Assembly (NCBI GenBank): GCA_965655095.1
Contig: OZ296653.1
Span: 70,432,001 to 70,496,000 of the forward strand
Source: Haplodiscus bocki
Lineage: Eukaryota
DNA: 64,000 bases
Reading direction: 5' to 3'
Below, piece by piece: positions 11,101 to 23,403 of the stretch (the first letter of the stretch is position 1; every line of letters begins with the position of its first letter). The position numbers and the translations under genes are program-made. Under the pieces are notes generated by a model, which was not told where the DNA came from, made no database searches, and worked only from the letters and a program-made list of their open reading frames with translations.

Positions 11101-12329
11101 GTTTGTTTTAATAACTGAATTGTATTGAGAGACGAGAATTAACAATAATACAAAGAGTAAAATGACACTTCAAATCGTGAAACTTGCAAAAGATTTTTAA
11201 TTATCACAAAAGAATAACACCAGTTTTGAAATTGTTTTTTGGTGAACCGTTTCCTGGTATGACAATTTTCTCCTCTGATGATTCTCGTTTCTCTTGAGGG
11301 TCCCCCTTTTTCGTTTTCCTCCTGCTTTGTCGACCAATTGGATGTTGTGTTCCTTGACGTCAAGCTCTCGGTTCTATTTATAATTAAACATCGAAGGGTT
11401 TAACCAGAAATACATATTTCATCATTATGACATCACCTTTAAAAATAGTAATAAGATTAATCATCAAAGAATAAATACCGCAAAACCATGACCATCAAAG
11501 TATAGTTATGAAAACTGGATAAATGTTCAAGGTTAATAAAATCATGTTTGCATGTATGGTTCATTATTATGGGCGGTCAATTATGGTTATAATATAATAG
11601 GTATGACAAGAATATTGATATTGAGCTTCATGCACAAGTTTTAACTTTGAGCTAAAATATAGTGGTCAAACTTGGCCACTAGGACCGTCTTTTGACCATG
11701 TTATATTTTTCACTCGGGATTCATTAATAATAAGCACTAGGTAATCTGAAATCACCTAATTAAATAATTATATGCTTATATAAGTACATAGCAACGTCTT
11801 TTAATTGAATATGGTTAAATTTCGATTTTTCTGACTTCGTTTGGCCGTAATTCGCCTTTTGTTTGAGAGCGACCACTCGCTTTGAGCGAAATGGTCAAAA
11901 TTAGGTCCTGGTGACCAATTTTGACTACTTTCCAGCAGTGCCGTTGCTTGGTCAAAATTTGATACGAATACTTGCTTTGACCAATCAAATTTAATATAGG
12001 ACTTCAAATGAATTGAGCGCCATAAACATTTGTTCAAAACCTTTCTCTCGTGATACAAGCTTCATTACTATTTGTTTGGATTTTGCTCAGTAATAAAATA
12101 AGTGTACAGATATATAAATATACGTAAGATAGTATATATATATTAAAATATAAATATGTATCATATTTTATATAATGAGGGGGGAGGAAATTTATCCAGC
12201 GAATCAATTAATAAAAGTTTTGTCAGTTTTAGTCTTCAAATAGGGGCAAAGCATATCCCTGTGTGCCCATGTTTTGTCCATTAAGGTTAACGGAGTAGAC
12301 TAGGCCGTCACAGGCGGCAGCCTGCGACA
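10533..12329 (-). repeat. 5' LTR of Gypsy element 1 (TG...CA), probably with a MITE-like insertion around 11400-11720
   Basis: Starts TGTCGCAGGCTGCC and ends CATCACA before TGGTGA; same architecture as the TSD-bounded solo LTRs. Confidence 0.7.
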
Positions 12330-12967
12330 ATCATGAGGCCGCAACCGAAACACAATCTCTGAGTTTACTCTTGGTTTCAATTGGCTCGTTATTTTCACTT
12401 CGCTGGATTCGTTGTTTCGGCAATGACGTCAGAAAAGTTGGACAGTTTTAGTTTTGAAAAGCCGACACATGGTTCACTAACTTCATTTTATATAGTATTG
12501 GGATGACCCTAATTGTTTGAATCGATATGAATGACAAGTTATGCTGGGGTTGATGGCCATGATCAAACATGATGAGCCTGACATGTATTTGGTGTCCCAT
12601 GCTCGCTTTGATATTCACAGCATTCTTCTCATGCTTGTCATGCCGGCTAATAAGGCTTCTTTGCGAAGAAAATTTATAGCAAGTCGAAGAGTCTACTGTG
12701 GGTTCATTCTTGCATTTCTCTGCCATGTATGAAAAAAAAACAGACATCCAAGACCAATACTGAAAAACGGGGGCAGAATACCTTGGTCATAAATTGCACC
12801 TTCAGTAACTTGGAGGCAACTGCAGGTTTGGTTCATTTTATTGATTCAACCGGTGGCCCGTTAAATTCGATTGTCAATCAAGATATGCTTGGGTAACCAA
12901 GAGCAAAAAAATTAAACGGTCTTTACATGTTTTTTGAACGTTTCATTTTTTGAAAAAAAACAATGTC

Positions 12968-13193
12968 TGTCATACGGTGAACTCCGTTAATCCGGTTATG
13001 CAACCGTACCGAATTAGAAGATACAGAGACTAAACTTAGAAACTTGTTTATGTACATATTTGAGAACAACAGACTGTGCTATGTTCCCAACACCGTAAAT
13101 TGACAAGTCATTATTACCGAAGAAATCATGCATGTAACAAATAGAGCTTAAAAACACAATTGATTTTTCTATTTATTTAGCCTGAATAGAACA
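12968..13193 (+). repeat. 5' LTR of Gypsy element 2
   Basis: TGTCATA...AATAGAACA, a diverged direct repeat of 22020-22255. Confidence 0.88.
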
Positions 13194-16100
13194 TGACGCA
13201 GTAAGCAAGATTTCTCATTGTCAATTTACCGGGACTTACCGCACACACCCAACCAATTATCATATCAAAAAAAAAGGACCGAAGACAGAATACAATTACC
13301 ATGCCTGGACGAGAAAGTGGTAGATGGGAAAAGAATCTACAAGTACCGGCAAGGGTTAGAGCGATTTAAACAACATACGAAAAGAAAATACGATGCAGAC
13401 ATTCGACCGATAATCAAAGAAGAAACAATGAACGGAACAGAATGGGAGGTAAAAGAAGAAAAGGTACAACAACATTTCCTTTCGATATTGGGACCCAAAA
13501 GCAACACACCAAAGAACACGATCTTAATACCGAAACGAACCGGATAAAGTTAAAATCTACAACCTAATCAAACTACACAACAGACATTCCTTAGCGAAAA
13601 CGAAAAAATATAACTCAAGAAGAGATGTTTTAGGCAAATTAAACAGATACGGAAACACCGGAAGACCACTGAGAGAAACTGATCGAACAACAAAAACAAG
13701 GCGATTTTCTGGATTTTAGCACCGAGGTATTTATATCAAAATTTATAACGTCAATCACCGAGAGCAAACTACGGGACAAAATGTTGAAAGAAAAAGATAT
13801 AAATGTACCGAAAGTAGTCCAACAAATACAAAAATATACATATGACAGGAAAAACAAAAGGAATACTGTAACAGTAGCACTAATATCGAACCGAAAAAAA
13901 ATAAATCGAAGAAGACTCTTTACACAAATTAATGTATATAGAAACATATGGAACAAAACCGAAAGAAAGACCAAAAAAACGAAAATCTAGATATTGCTAT
14001 GCACCAAATTGGAACCCAAATCATGAATATCCACCCCGAGGATCATTATGCCATAACTGCAAAAGAAAGGTCACTTCGCGAAAGTTTGCTGATCCGAACA
14101 TCGAAAACAACAGAAAACTAAAGAAATCACGAAACCAGATGATACCGAAGAGAACGATACCCACAAGTCCATAAATATACAAACCGGAAAAAACATGTAA
14201 GCGACCAAAAAAATCACCTAACCATGACAGTAAAAACTGACGGAAGAAAACAAACTTCTGTTTTGACACCGGATCACCGGTTAGAATAATTCCACTGGAT
14301 TGAAAAATAACAAAGAACAAGAAAAGTTCACCGACAACAAGAAAATAACAGGACGTTAATAAAAATAGAGTTAAATTTACCGGAAAAATTACGGTAAAAG
14401 CCGAGACTAGAGGAACTAGAAAGAAATGGCTACGTTTAATACCGAACGACAAGATATAATGCCACTATTTGGTATGGATTCTGTACGAAAATTTAATTGG
14501 ACGATACGAAATATTGAAAATACGACGACGATGACCGACCAATCAGAAAACGACAAATTCCCTCCCAAACTTCGGAAAATTCATCTAGACGTACCGAACA
14601 ATTGAAAATACCAAGATTAAAATACAGGTGAAGAGGGGACACCCACCATGAAAACAGAAAGTTGGACCCATAACATACCATTTACAAAGCTATGTAGAAA
14701 AAGGAATATATTAACTAAATCAATCTGCCCACTTAGAAAAAATGCAATTTCTTGAAAACGACTGTTTGACTGTTTCGTATATCCGGTAGTAATAATCATA
14801 ACAAAAGACAAATCAGTAAAAATTGCATTGAATTCAAGAAAATCAACCAACAGTTTTTAAAAAATGAGGCTACACATGCTAAATACGGAAGAATTACTAT
14901 ATCAAACATTGACCGAAATAACAAGAGAACAAAACGAACCATTATGGATATCGAAAAATGACCTCAAGTACGCATACTGACAACCAAACCTATCGAAGGA
15001 AACAAGTAGAGAATGCAACTTTGCAAAAACGGGAGGAAACATGAACATCTATTAGAAATTATTATAAATAACGACTTTTACGGTCTATCTGACATTTCGA
15101 CAAAAATCCAAGAAAAAAAACACCAAACATTAAAGTACCAGACACCGGTGTGGCTGGACGATTTAAAAAATGTAACAAAGGGGATTTAAAAAACACCGGA
15201 AAAAAACTATTTACGATAACAGAGAAACTTCAAGATGCCGGCTACCGAGCAAGCCAGGAAAAATTCGAATTTTACCTCAAACGAACAACTTGGCTGGGAC
15301 AAGAAATAATTGAACACGGAATAAAACCGAAAACAAAAAAGATTAAATCAATCTTACTGTCAAAACTACCGAAGTCAATTACAGAATTAGAATCATTCCA
15401 CGGAGCAATAAAAAATTTTGCAAAACTTACACCCAAATTTTCGGAAAAAACTGACCGATTGACACAGCTATAAACAAAGAAATAGGAAGGCAAATAAGCA
15501 AAAAAAAGAACACCTCAATCGAATGAAGAAATTGATGATAGAAATACCAAGCTTAGCACATTTTGCTATAGACGGAGATAAAATGGTGAAAACTGATGCG
15601 GGTAGAACCTGACTCAGAACAACTTCATGGCAAAATCAAACCAACAACACAATCCGACTAACAACACAATCGACAGCAGTTCTCTGAACAACGCCGAAAA
15701 GAAATATTCAAATGGAGAGTTAGAATTTTTAGCAGTGTTATGGCGATTTAAAAAAATTCATTTCTACTTATACAGCAAAGTAGTAAGCTTTCACACCAAC
15801 CACCAAGCTTTAGAACCTTTAATTAAATGTAACCAATTCTACCGACATTACAGCGCACCACTAACGAGACGGCTAGATAGACTTGCAGATTTCGATATTT
15901 CAACGAAATACACGGCCGGGAAAAACTAAAACTTGCGGACTGATTGAGCAGGAACCCAATAGAAGAACCATCAACCGTGGAATGCTACGAAGAAGAATAA
16001 ATTGTCAATGTCCTCTCACAATATCTCAAATTAAATCACAAACACGGTCAGCTTTTGAACACGAACTAAAACATTCTAACGACCGACCAATCACCGAACA

Positions 16101-18426
16101 TGGCTTTATCGAAGAACCGAGAGTCGACCAATGAAATAAATTCTCCGGAGAGATTCAATCCGAACACTATATCAATACATTTCACGCGCAAACGAACACA
16201 AGGTGTTAGATCAAATAATAAGAACTATGATTTCATAGACAAAATAAACAAGTTTGCTTTTACTGGTTCGAAAACTTAAAAAGTTATACCTACGAATACC
16301 AGCACTGGGGAACCAACAAAAAGATTATGGATATCATTAATACACGAGACGAAAGCCCCAAAACTCTTCAGTTAATTTTAAAAAATGACAAGATATAACG
16401 AAGCCCCGCAACCTTTGCTTTAATTCTGACAGTAACTTAAACCAAGAAGTGTGGGTATCCAGACGACTGGACAAAAGAGGAAGAGATGAAGTGGCGGCAA
16501 TTGACTAGGAAGTACTGTTTAGCAACAATGAAAGAAACAGGCGGGGCGGTGGATCTTTCGAGTTCACCGGACCAAAGGCAAGCGCGAGTACGAAGAAGAA
16601 CCGACAAGAACCTCACGAAAAAGTGTCGTGCAGCGAGGAAAGTGAATTGGCATGCCCGTCAGCCAGTTCTTTTTCTTTTAGACCTGAAAGATTACGACAT
16701 CGCTGAGAAAACATTTCAGTAAATCCAGGGCAACCACATGATTGGAAAGCCAAAAAAAGAAAGAGCCGAAGCACGAAGCGCAGGAGAATCTTAAAAAAGC
16801 CACGTTCTATTTCATGGTTGATTCAATAACTATACTCCACAAAACTTCGATTGATCCAAATTTGTTACAGCTGAAAATTTGTCTACGAAAAAATCAAAAG
16901 GAGCGAGCCACCAAAAATTTCTCCTTGGCTTTCACCGAACTCATCAAACGATTCGGTCTACTACTTGTCGGAGACAAACATGTAATACCCGAAGAGTCGA
17001 AGAAACAAGTGGTAGACACACTGCATTCGGACATCCCGGCTCGATGAGAATGCTAGCCGAGAGTAACGTCTTCTGGTGGGCCGGGATGCAAAAAGACATA
17101 CTGGAAAAGCATGCATGAGTTCCGGCAAGAATATAAAATATCAAAAACCGATGACCGCAAAAACCAGTCTACCGGTATTAACCAAACGGGAACGAGAAAT
17201 AAAATTCGATTTTCCGGTAAATTACCTCGTAAACATGTAACGTGCGAACCGTGTTTTATTATTGGAATCGATTGATATAGTAATGGGCCCGTAGTTTGGA
17301 AATGCAAATCAACCGCGGCGGAAGAAGTCATCAGTTTTCTAGATAGTTTAATCAAACTATACGGAGTCCCGGATAAAATAAAATCAAATTGAGGTTGCTC
17401 GTTCATATCCAAAGTTTATCAGGCGTTTTGCGAAACTAAAAAAAATATTGAAATAGAATATAATCCACCGAGGCTACACACTGGAACGGGGGCAGTCAAA
17501 AGTGCAAAACAAACGTTAAAAAATTGAATCATTGCCAAACTTAGATAATAAGATCGGTTTTACCGAGAGTGTAAACCTAAGTCTGCGAGTAATGCAATTT
17601 TACTTTACACACCGAATTCAAAGTGAGACCATTTGAATTACATCATGTCAGAAAAGCAAGAACTGAATCAAACAACACAGTCATAGCTAATGAGAGTAAC
17701 GTGTCCGACCGGAAAGCAATGAATGTTTCATTACCACCGAAGCAAATCCCAAATAACGTTGCGCGAAATGAGAAAAGAGAAATAACGGACCATATGAAAA
17801 TGACTTGGATAAAAAGTGCCCTGCTGTTCATCCCACAAGTCGCCGGAGAGAAAGCCGATAAGACCAGTCAGTGGAAACTTCCAATACCTGTTTAAAATTT
17901 TCGAGAGGGGAAGTCAGAAAAAATCACCGGAAGGGAAGTATGAGGAACAACCGAAAATTGCTATTGACGGTACTAAACACACGGTCCGTACAACAGAGAA
18001 AAAAATTACACCGGAAATCAATATCAATGTCGCTTCTAAATTCAGAGATCACCAAAGAAAGATGTTTTACAAAAAAAGCAGAACCTGAGAGGACCGGGTG
18101 GAAAGTACATGAGTGCTTCGGAAAACGCAAAGACAGCTGAAGAAGAAAGAACAATCTTTGCATATAAACCGAAGGTCCGGAAAATGGAAACTGATAAAGA
18201 CGATAGTCACTCTAAGAGATACAATAAATCCGACGGCAAGCAGGTACACGTAGATATCGAGGAAGTCACCGAAGATGAAACGGCACTGGCCTTGCTACTG
18301 AACAAATCGTAAGAAGAAATAAATAATAACGGTGAGACAATGGGTGGGAATGGTAATATTAATGTACGCATGTCTAACTGAACTTTTAAACCACCGGACC
18401 GATAAGGTATTGTACCATATTTTTGA

Positions 18427-18481
18427 GGTTCTCATGGCTGCCGCGCCTACGTCGCAGAACCACCTTCAGTGATGGCAACCA
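18427..18481 (+). ncRNA. Candidate compact HDV-like self-cleaving ribozyme at the LINE 5' end
   Basis: P1 GGUUCU/AGAACC; P2 UGGCUGCC/GGCAACCA (7 of 8 pairs); P3 GCG/CGC; 7-nt L3 CCUACGU; first P1 base is the first base after the TSD. Confidence 0.65.
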
Positions 18482-21400
18482 CATATTCCGATGAGAGGAG
18501 AAGAGAATCCGGGACTTCGAGAGCGGGGCGTGCTGACCCAGCGGGCGCTCCCCGACGCATCCCACCCCCATCCCCATCTGGGACCCTCAAGCAGCTACTG
18601 ATCATCATGTTGCTGCTGATGGCCGGTATCGAAGCGAACCCGGGACCGAGGAAGTTGCCGCAGTGGCCATGTGGAGTTTGCACCCAGGAAGTTCCTCACA
18701 CCTGCATCCAGTGCATCGATTGTCTCGCATGGACTCACTTTGCCTTCGCCCAACTGGACTCAAGCAATCTTCCCCACACCTGGACCTGCAAGGACTGCAC
18801 CGCGCAAGCATCCGCGCCGACCGACAGTGCGATGAGGATCCTCCAGTTTAACTGCAACGGGATAAGAGGAAAACTGGACGAAATTACTCACTACATGAAG
18901 ACAAAGAACTGTCGCGTCGCAGCTCTCCAGGAAACCTTCCTGACGGCCAAGTCCAACTTGAAATGTGAGCCGGACTTCACGCTAATCAGAAAGGATCGCA
19001 TGAAGAATAAAGGTGGAGGAGTTGCATTCCTTGTTCACCATTCACTCCAGTATCGCAACCTGGACTACACCGTCCCTGATGAACACACCGAAGCACAAGG
19101 AATAGCGATCAAAGGGGACGATGAAGTGCACCTGTACAACGTCTACATTCCCCCTGTTAGCAGCTGCTCGAGCGGATTCCGACCACAGCTGGATGAGCTC
19201 TTTGACAGTCGACACGCCATTATAATGGGAGACTTCAATGCTCACCACAGCACCCGGCGATCCACCCTTGCCGAAGACACCAGAAGCCAGCTACTGGCGG
19301 ACACACTGGACAGCAAGACATGTGTTGTCCTCAAAGGAGATGAACCTGCGAGAGCTGCCTCGAACGGAACACTAAGCTCACCGGACATCACGATAGCCAG
19401 TGCCAGCCTCGCAACCACTGCCAATTGGAGCACGGAAACAGCACTCAATTCCGACCACAATCCTATCATCGTGGAGCTCCAAATACAAGAACCTACCGTC
19501 AACTCAGAGCGCAGAAAGTACGTGAACTTCGCAAAGGCCGACTGGGACGGGCTCAAGAGTTTCATGGAGGACAGTATCCAGAACCTGCCGCAAGGAGACC
19601 TTCTTCAGAGTGAACGTGCCTTCAGGAACAAGATGCAGAAAGCCGCTCGAAAATTCAATCCAAATGGTAGAATCTCCACCGTCCAACCTGGATTCCCCAC
19701 TGCAGCAGCCAAGCTTGCGGACGAAACAAATAAACTTCGGGCTCAAAATCCGGCCAAACCACAAATAAACGAGATGAACAAGAAGATTTGTGATCTAGTC
19801 GAGGAACACCGCCGCGAAAAATGGACAGAGCATCTGGAAAAATGCGGCCTAAGAAGCGGGGTCAAGCGTCTCTGGAACACGATCAAGACGCTCTCTGGAA
19901 ATGTGAAGAAGACCGGATCACAGGCCATCACCTTCAAGAAGCCAGTCTATGACCCGAAACCGATCGCGAACAAATTCAATCAGCAATACACCCCACCGAT
20001 CAGGAAGAAAGTCGTGCAAGAAACTCGTCAGACGCTCCGGATCTTGAAGACCAGCTCCATGGAACGCGCCGTGATTACCACAATGGAGGTCGAGAGAGTA
20101 CTTCAAAGCACAAAACCTTCCGAGGCCCTCGGTCCGGATGAACTATCAACGCTGATGCTGAAACGCCTGGAACTGAAAGCCCTCAATTACATTGCGGGGA
20201 TGTTCCAGACGAGTCTCAACACGGGAGTGATACCAAGTATCTGGAAAACGGCACGTATCATCCCGTTGCTGAAAACAGGTAAACCGGATGACACTGGCAA
20301 GAGCTACCGCCCCGTCTCGCTCCTCTCCCCGCTAGTGAAGGCGCTAGAGACGCTCCTCCTTCCTACGCTGACTGAACACCTACCGATGGCTGACCATCAG
20401 CATGGATTCCGGAAGGGACGGTCCACTACGACAGCTCTCTACGAAGTCGAGTGCCACATAACAATAGGCCTCAATAAGCGCAAACCGGTTGACAAAACAA
20501 TTCTCGTTGCCTTGGACCTCCGAGCCGCTTTTGATACGGTCATTATCAACAAACTACTGAACATCATAATTGCCTCAAAGATCCCAAAGTACACCAAGCG
20601 CTGGCACTGCTCCTACCTACGAGGACGCCAGACGTATGTGGAGTTTAGAAACGCCAAGTCCACTTTTCGCAAAGTGAGAGCAGGTGCACCGCAAGGAGGT
20701 GTGCTGTCACCCATCCTGTTCAACGCCTACATGTCTGGACTGCCAACACCACCTGACGGCATCAAACTCACATCGTACGCGGACGACTGCACGTCATACG
20801 CGTCAGGGCCTACTATTCCCCCGATTTGTGAGAAGTTGAACAGCTACTTGACCACCCTGCATGAGTGGCTTGAGGAGCATGATCTGGAACTCTCCCCTGG
20901 CAAGTCCACGGCAACAGTCTTCACCACCTTCAGTCAGGAAGTGAGCATGTCACTGCCGATTAAAAACGGACAGCATACAGTACCGACCACGAAGAACCCG
21001 AAGATACTGGGAGTCACCCTGGACAGCCTTCACACATTCAACGCCCACTCCAACAACACTCTCAACAAAATAAGGAAGCGGAACTCCGTGCTGAAGGCTC
21101 CTGCTGGTTCGAGCTGGGGAAAAGACAAGGAACTCCTCACAACTACCTACAAGGCCATCTCACGGTCTGTTGTCAACTATTCCGCCCCAATCTGGACACC
21201 AGCACTTCGTGACACTCACTGGAGCAAGCTGCAGGCGGCTCAGAACTTATCTTCACGCATCATCACCGGATGCACCAAGATGACACACATCGATGAGCTT
21301 CACCGCGAGACGACACTCCTACCAGTGAAAGAACACAATACGATGCTTTCCAGACAGTTCCTTCTCCGAACTCACCAGACGAACCAGCCTAACCGACAAT

Positions 21401-21858
21401 GTAACCACACGGACCCACATCAAAGACTCATGAAGCCGACCCTAATCAGCTGCCACCAAGACTCAATCGAGCCACTACTGACGAACACCGAAGGATGGTA
21501 CAAAAGTGGCATCAAGTCGATTCATACAACCGCAGTGAGCAACACCATCAACGGATACGAACCGAACAAGGTTTTGCAGAAGATACCTCCAGTAATCAGC
21601 CCTGACGAGCGGAGACTATCACGAAGCACCAGAACAGCCCTGGCTCAGCTCCGAAGTGGCTACTGTCCTCTTTTGACCTCGTACATGAGCCGACTGGACC
21701 CGATTGTCAAGAATGAGTGCTCCCTCTGCGAATCCCAACCTCACGACACAGCTCACCTTTTCCGTACCCCACAAAAGCCGACCACTCTGGAGGCGACCAG
21801 CTTGTGGGAGAACCCGATAGAAGCGGCCCAGTTCCTCAATCTCATCCCAGACAACTAA
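18472..21858 (+). CDS. LINE polyprotein: 2A-like peptide, PHD finger, APE endonuclease, reverse transcriptase, C-terminal Zn finger
   Basis: GIEANPGP; CGVC..CIQC..H..CKDC; QFNCNG, LQET, GDFNAHH, SDH; YRPVSLLS, QHGFR, LDLRAAFD, PQGGVLSP, YADD; QLRSG...CSLC...H. Confidence 0.95.
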   Translation: MATTYSDERRRESGTSRAGRADPAGAPRRIPPPSPSGTLKQLLIIMLLLMAGIEANPGPRKLPQWPCGVCTQEVPHTCIQCIDCLAWTHFAFAQLDSSNLPHTWTCKDCTAQASAPTDSAMRILQFNCNGIRGKLDEITHYMKTKNCRVAALQETFLTAKSNLKCEPDFTLIRKDRMKNKGGGVAFLVHHSLQYRNLDYTVPDEHTEAQGIAIKGDDEVHLYNVYIPPVSSCSSGFRPQLDELFDSRHAIIMGDFNAHHSTRRSTLAEDTRSQLLADTLDSKTCVVLKGDEPARAASNGTLSSPDITIASASLATTANWSTETALNSDHNPIIVELQIQEPTVNSERRKYVNFAKADWDGLKSFMEDSIQNLPQGDLLQSERAFRNKMQKAARKFNPNGRISTVQPGFPTAAAKLADETNKLRAQNPAKPQINEMNKKICDLVEEHRREKWTEHLEKCGLRSGVKRLWNTIKTLSGNVKKTGSQAITFKKPVYDPKPIANKFNQQYTPPIRKKVVQETRQTLRILKTSSMERAVITTMEVERVLQSTKPSEALGPDELSTLMLKRLELKALNYIAGMFQTSLNTGVIPSIWKTARIIPLLKTGKPDDTGKSYRPVSLLSPLVKALETLLLPTLTEHLPMADHQHGFRKGRSTTTALYEVECHITIGLNKRKPVDKTILVALDLRAAFDTVIINKLLNIIIASKIPKYTKRWHCSYLRGRQTYVEFRNAKSTFRKVRAGAPQGGVLSPILFNAYMSGLPTPPDGIKLTSYADDCTSYASGPTIPPICEKLNSYLTTLHEWLEEHDLELSPGKSTATVFTTFSQEVSMSLPIKNGQHTVPTTKNPKILGVTLDSLHTFNAHSNNTLNKIRKRNSVLKAPAGSSWGKDKELLTTTYKAISRSVVNYSAPIWTPALRDTHWSKLQAAQNLSSRIITGCTKMTHIDELHRETTLLPVKEHNTMLSRQFLLRTHQTNQPNRQCNHTDPHQRLMKPTLISCHQDSIEPLLTNTEGWYKSGIKSIHTTAVSNTINGYEPNKVLQKIPPVISPDERRLSRSTRTALAQLRSGYCPLLTSYMSRLDPIVKNECSLCESQPHDTAHLFRTPQKPTTLEATSLWENPIEAAQFLNLIPDN

Positions 21859-22019
21859 TCCTCTCAACGGCTACAACAACAACAACAACCATATTTTTGA
21901 AAGTAATATTTAATTCCGAAAAGAATCACCGAAGCCCAGATTGATGACAATCGAGGAGATAGACTCGGACAGAGTTTACGATCTGAACAACAACAAGTGA
22001 ATAGATGGAAGGAAGGGAA

Positions 22020-22255
22020 TGTCATAAAGTGAATTCTGTTAATCCGGTTACGCAACCGTACCGGATTAGAACTGATTAGAAGACACAGAAATAAACTTAG
22101 AAAATGGTTTACGAGCATATTTGTGAGCAACAGACTGTGTATCTGTTGGGAACAACGTAAATTGATAAATCATTATTACCGAAGAAAACATACATGTTAC
22201 AATCAGAATTTCGAAACGCAATTGCTTTTTATATTTAATTAGCCAGAATAGAACT
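22020..22255 (+). repeat. 3' LTR of Gypsy element 2
   Basis: Follows the PPT; TGTCATA...AATAGAACT, alignable along its length with 12968-13193. Confidence 0.88.
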
Positions 22256-22989
22256 TTATCAAGATAGTTAAAGACTGGCGGAACACATTTCATTCTCTTT
22301 TTGCATGTAATACAAAATCTCTTTGGTGCATATTAAAGCGGAGTCCGAATCTTGACTCCTAAGCTCATCTTTTAAACCCAACCAGAAACAATTCTGTTTA
22401 GATTACGATCGTGCTTTTTTCAAAATTGAAAAGATGGTTGTTTTTTATGTTTTTAAAATTTCCTACTTCTATATAAAATGGAGACATGAAATGATGTCAC
22501 CCCGAAGGTAACGGGAATGGAAACTTTGTAAGAATTTTCTAAGAAGCTTGAAGGAGCTTCAAAGAAGATGCGTCCTTGCAAAAGTATGATTTTTGTCCAA
22601 AATCAATATTTAATTTATATTCCATGTAAAGTCCTTGAAAGGATTTGAGAAGAAATATATAAAATGTAAAGGGTCTTGGAAGGAATCAATTTGCTCACAG
22701 TATCCTGGCGAGGAATATTTTTCCTTCAGGCACCTCTGAACGAGTTTATAAACTTTCAAGGATGTTCAGAAAAAATCTATCGAACGCAATGATCATGCAA
22801 CATGCTTGCAAGAACTGTATAATTCGCAGTCTTGGGTCTGTTTTTTAATTTTGGGTTTACAATTAAGTTTACACTATTAGAAGTTTTTGAACATTATTCA
22901 TTAAGGAACGAAAAGAAAATAGCCAGCCAATAGAAAAGCGAGCTATTTCTTAGAATTTAGAATTTCTTCTAGCTCCTAAAATTTCTTTG

Positions 22990-23403
22990 TTTTAAGTACC
23001 TTCTGCTTAGTTTTTGTTCACATTTCATATAACGTCAAGATGCCCTTCATCAATTGATTACCTTCAGTGTTTGCACTATCAAAGAACATAAACACTCTTT
23101 GAGGCATGACCACCATTAAAACGTATTACCATTGGGAATGATACTTTTTCTCAAGGAATGTCTATGTTAACTGAGAAGTTGGCAGTTCCCCAGTGTTTAT
23201 ACTAACAAAAAATGAAAACATTCTTTGACAAAAATTATCATTCCTAATGTTACTGCGTTTTAAAGGTGGTCATACTTCGAAGAATGTCTATATTATTTGA
23301 TAGTGTAAACACTGGGGAGTTGCTGACTTCTGAGTGTAATCAGTAGATGACGGGTTTCTTGACAGTATATGAAATGTAAGCAGAGCCGAGTAGGTACTTA
23401 AAA
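22990..23403. repeat. Foldback / long imperfect inverted repeat (MITE-like)
   Basis: TTTTAAGTACCT...AGGTACTTAAAA arms with internal inverted matches (CATGACCACC/GGTGGTCATA, CAGTGTTTGCACTATCAAA/TTTGATAGTGTAAACACTG). Confidence 0.7.

Larger units (their letters stand above)
4124..12329 (-). mobile_element. Ty3/Gypsy LTR retrotransposon (5' LTR, gag, pol); 3' LTR not in window, element probably extends past position 1
   Basis: Domain order Gag-PR-RT-RNaseH-IN. LTR start TGTCGCAG at 12329 resembles the termini of the solo LTRs later in the window. Confidence 0.95.
18427..21887 (+). mobile_element. Full-length single-ORF non-LTR retrotransposon, Ingi/Vingi-like
   Basis: Perfect 13-bp TSD ACCATATTTTTGA (18414-18426 and 21888-21900); (CAA)n tail; very short UTRs; no RNase H recognisable. 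Confidence 0.93.
12968..22255 (+). mobile_element. Heavily decayed Ty3/Gypsy element with two ~230-bp LTRs, interrupted by a LINE
   Basis: Remnant CCHC knuckle near 14050, DTG near 14263, RT WLDD near 15150, RNase H AEKKYSNGELEFLA, integrase HPG...FWWAGM. PPT GGAAGGAAGGGAA at 22007-22019; degenerate PBS TGACGCAG at 13194. Confidence 0.9.

Noticed and set aside
10541-11128. 195-aa antisense ORF and the other short ORFs overlapping gag/pol/LINE
   Set aside because: Shadow frames of real coding sequence, with no motifs.
11905-11920. PBS at TGGTCACCAGG upstream of gag
   Set aside because: Not preceded by a CA LTR end, and the solo LTRs place the boundary downstream of the ATG. It may still pair with the PBS, but that is untested.
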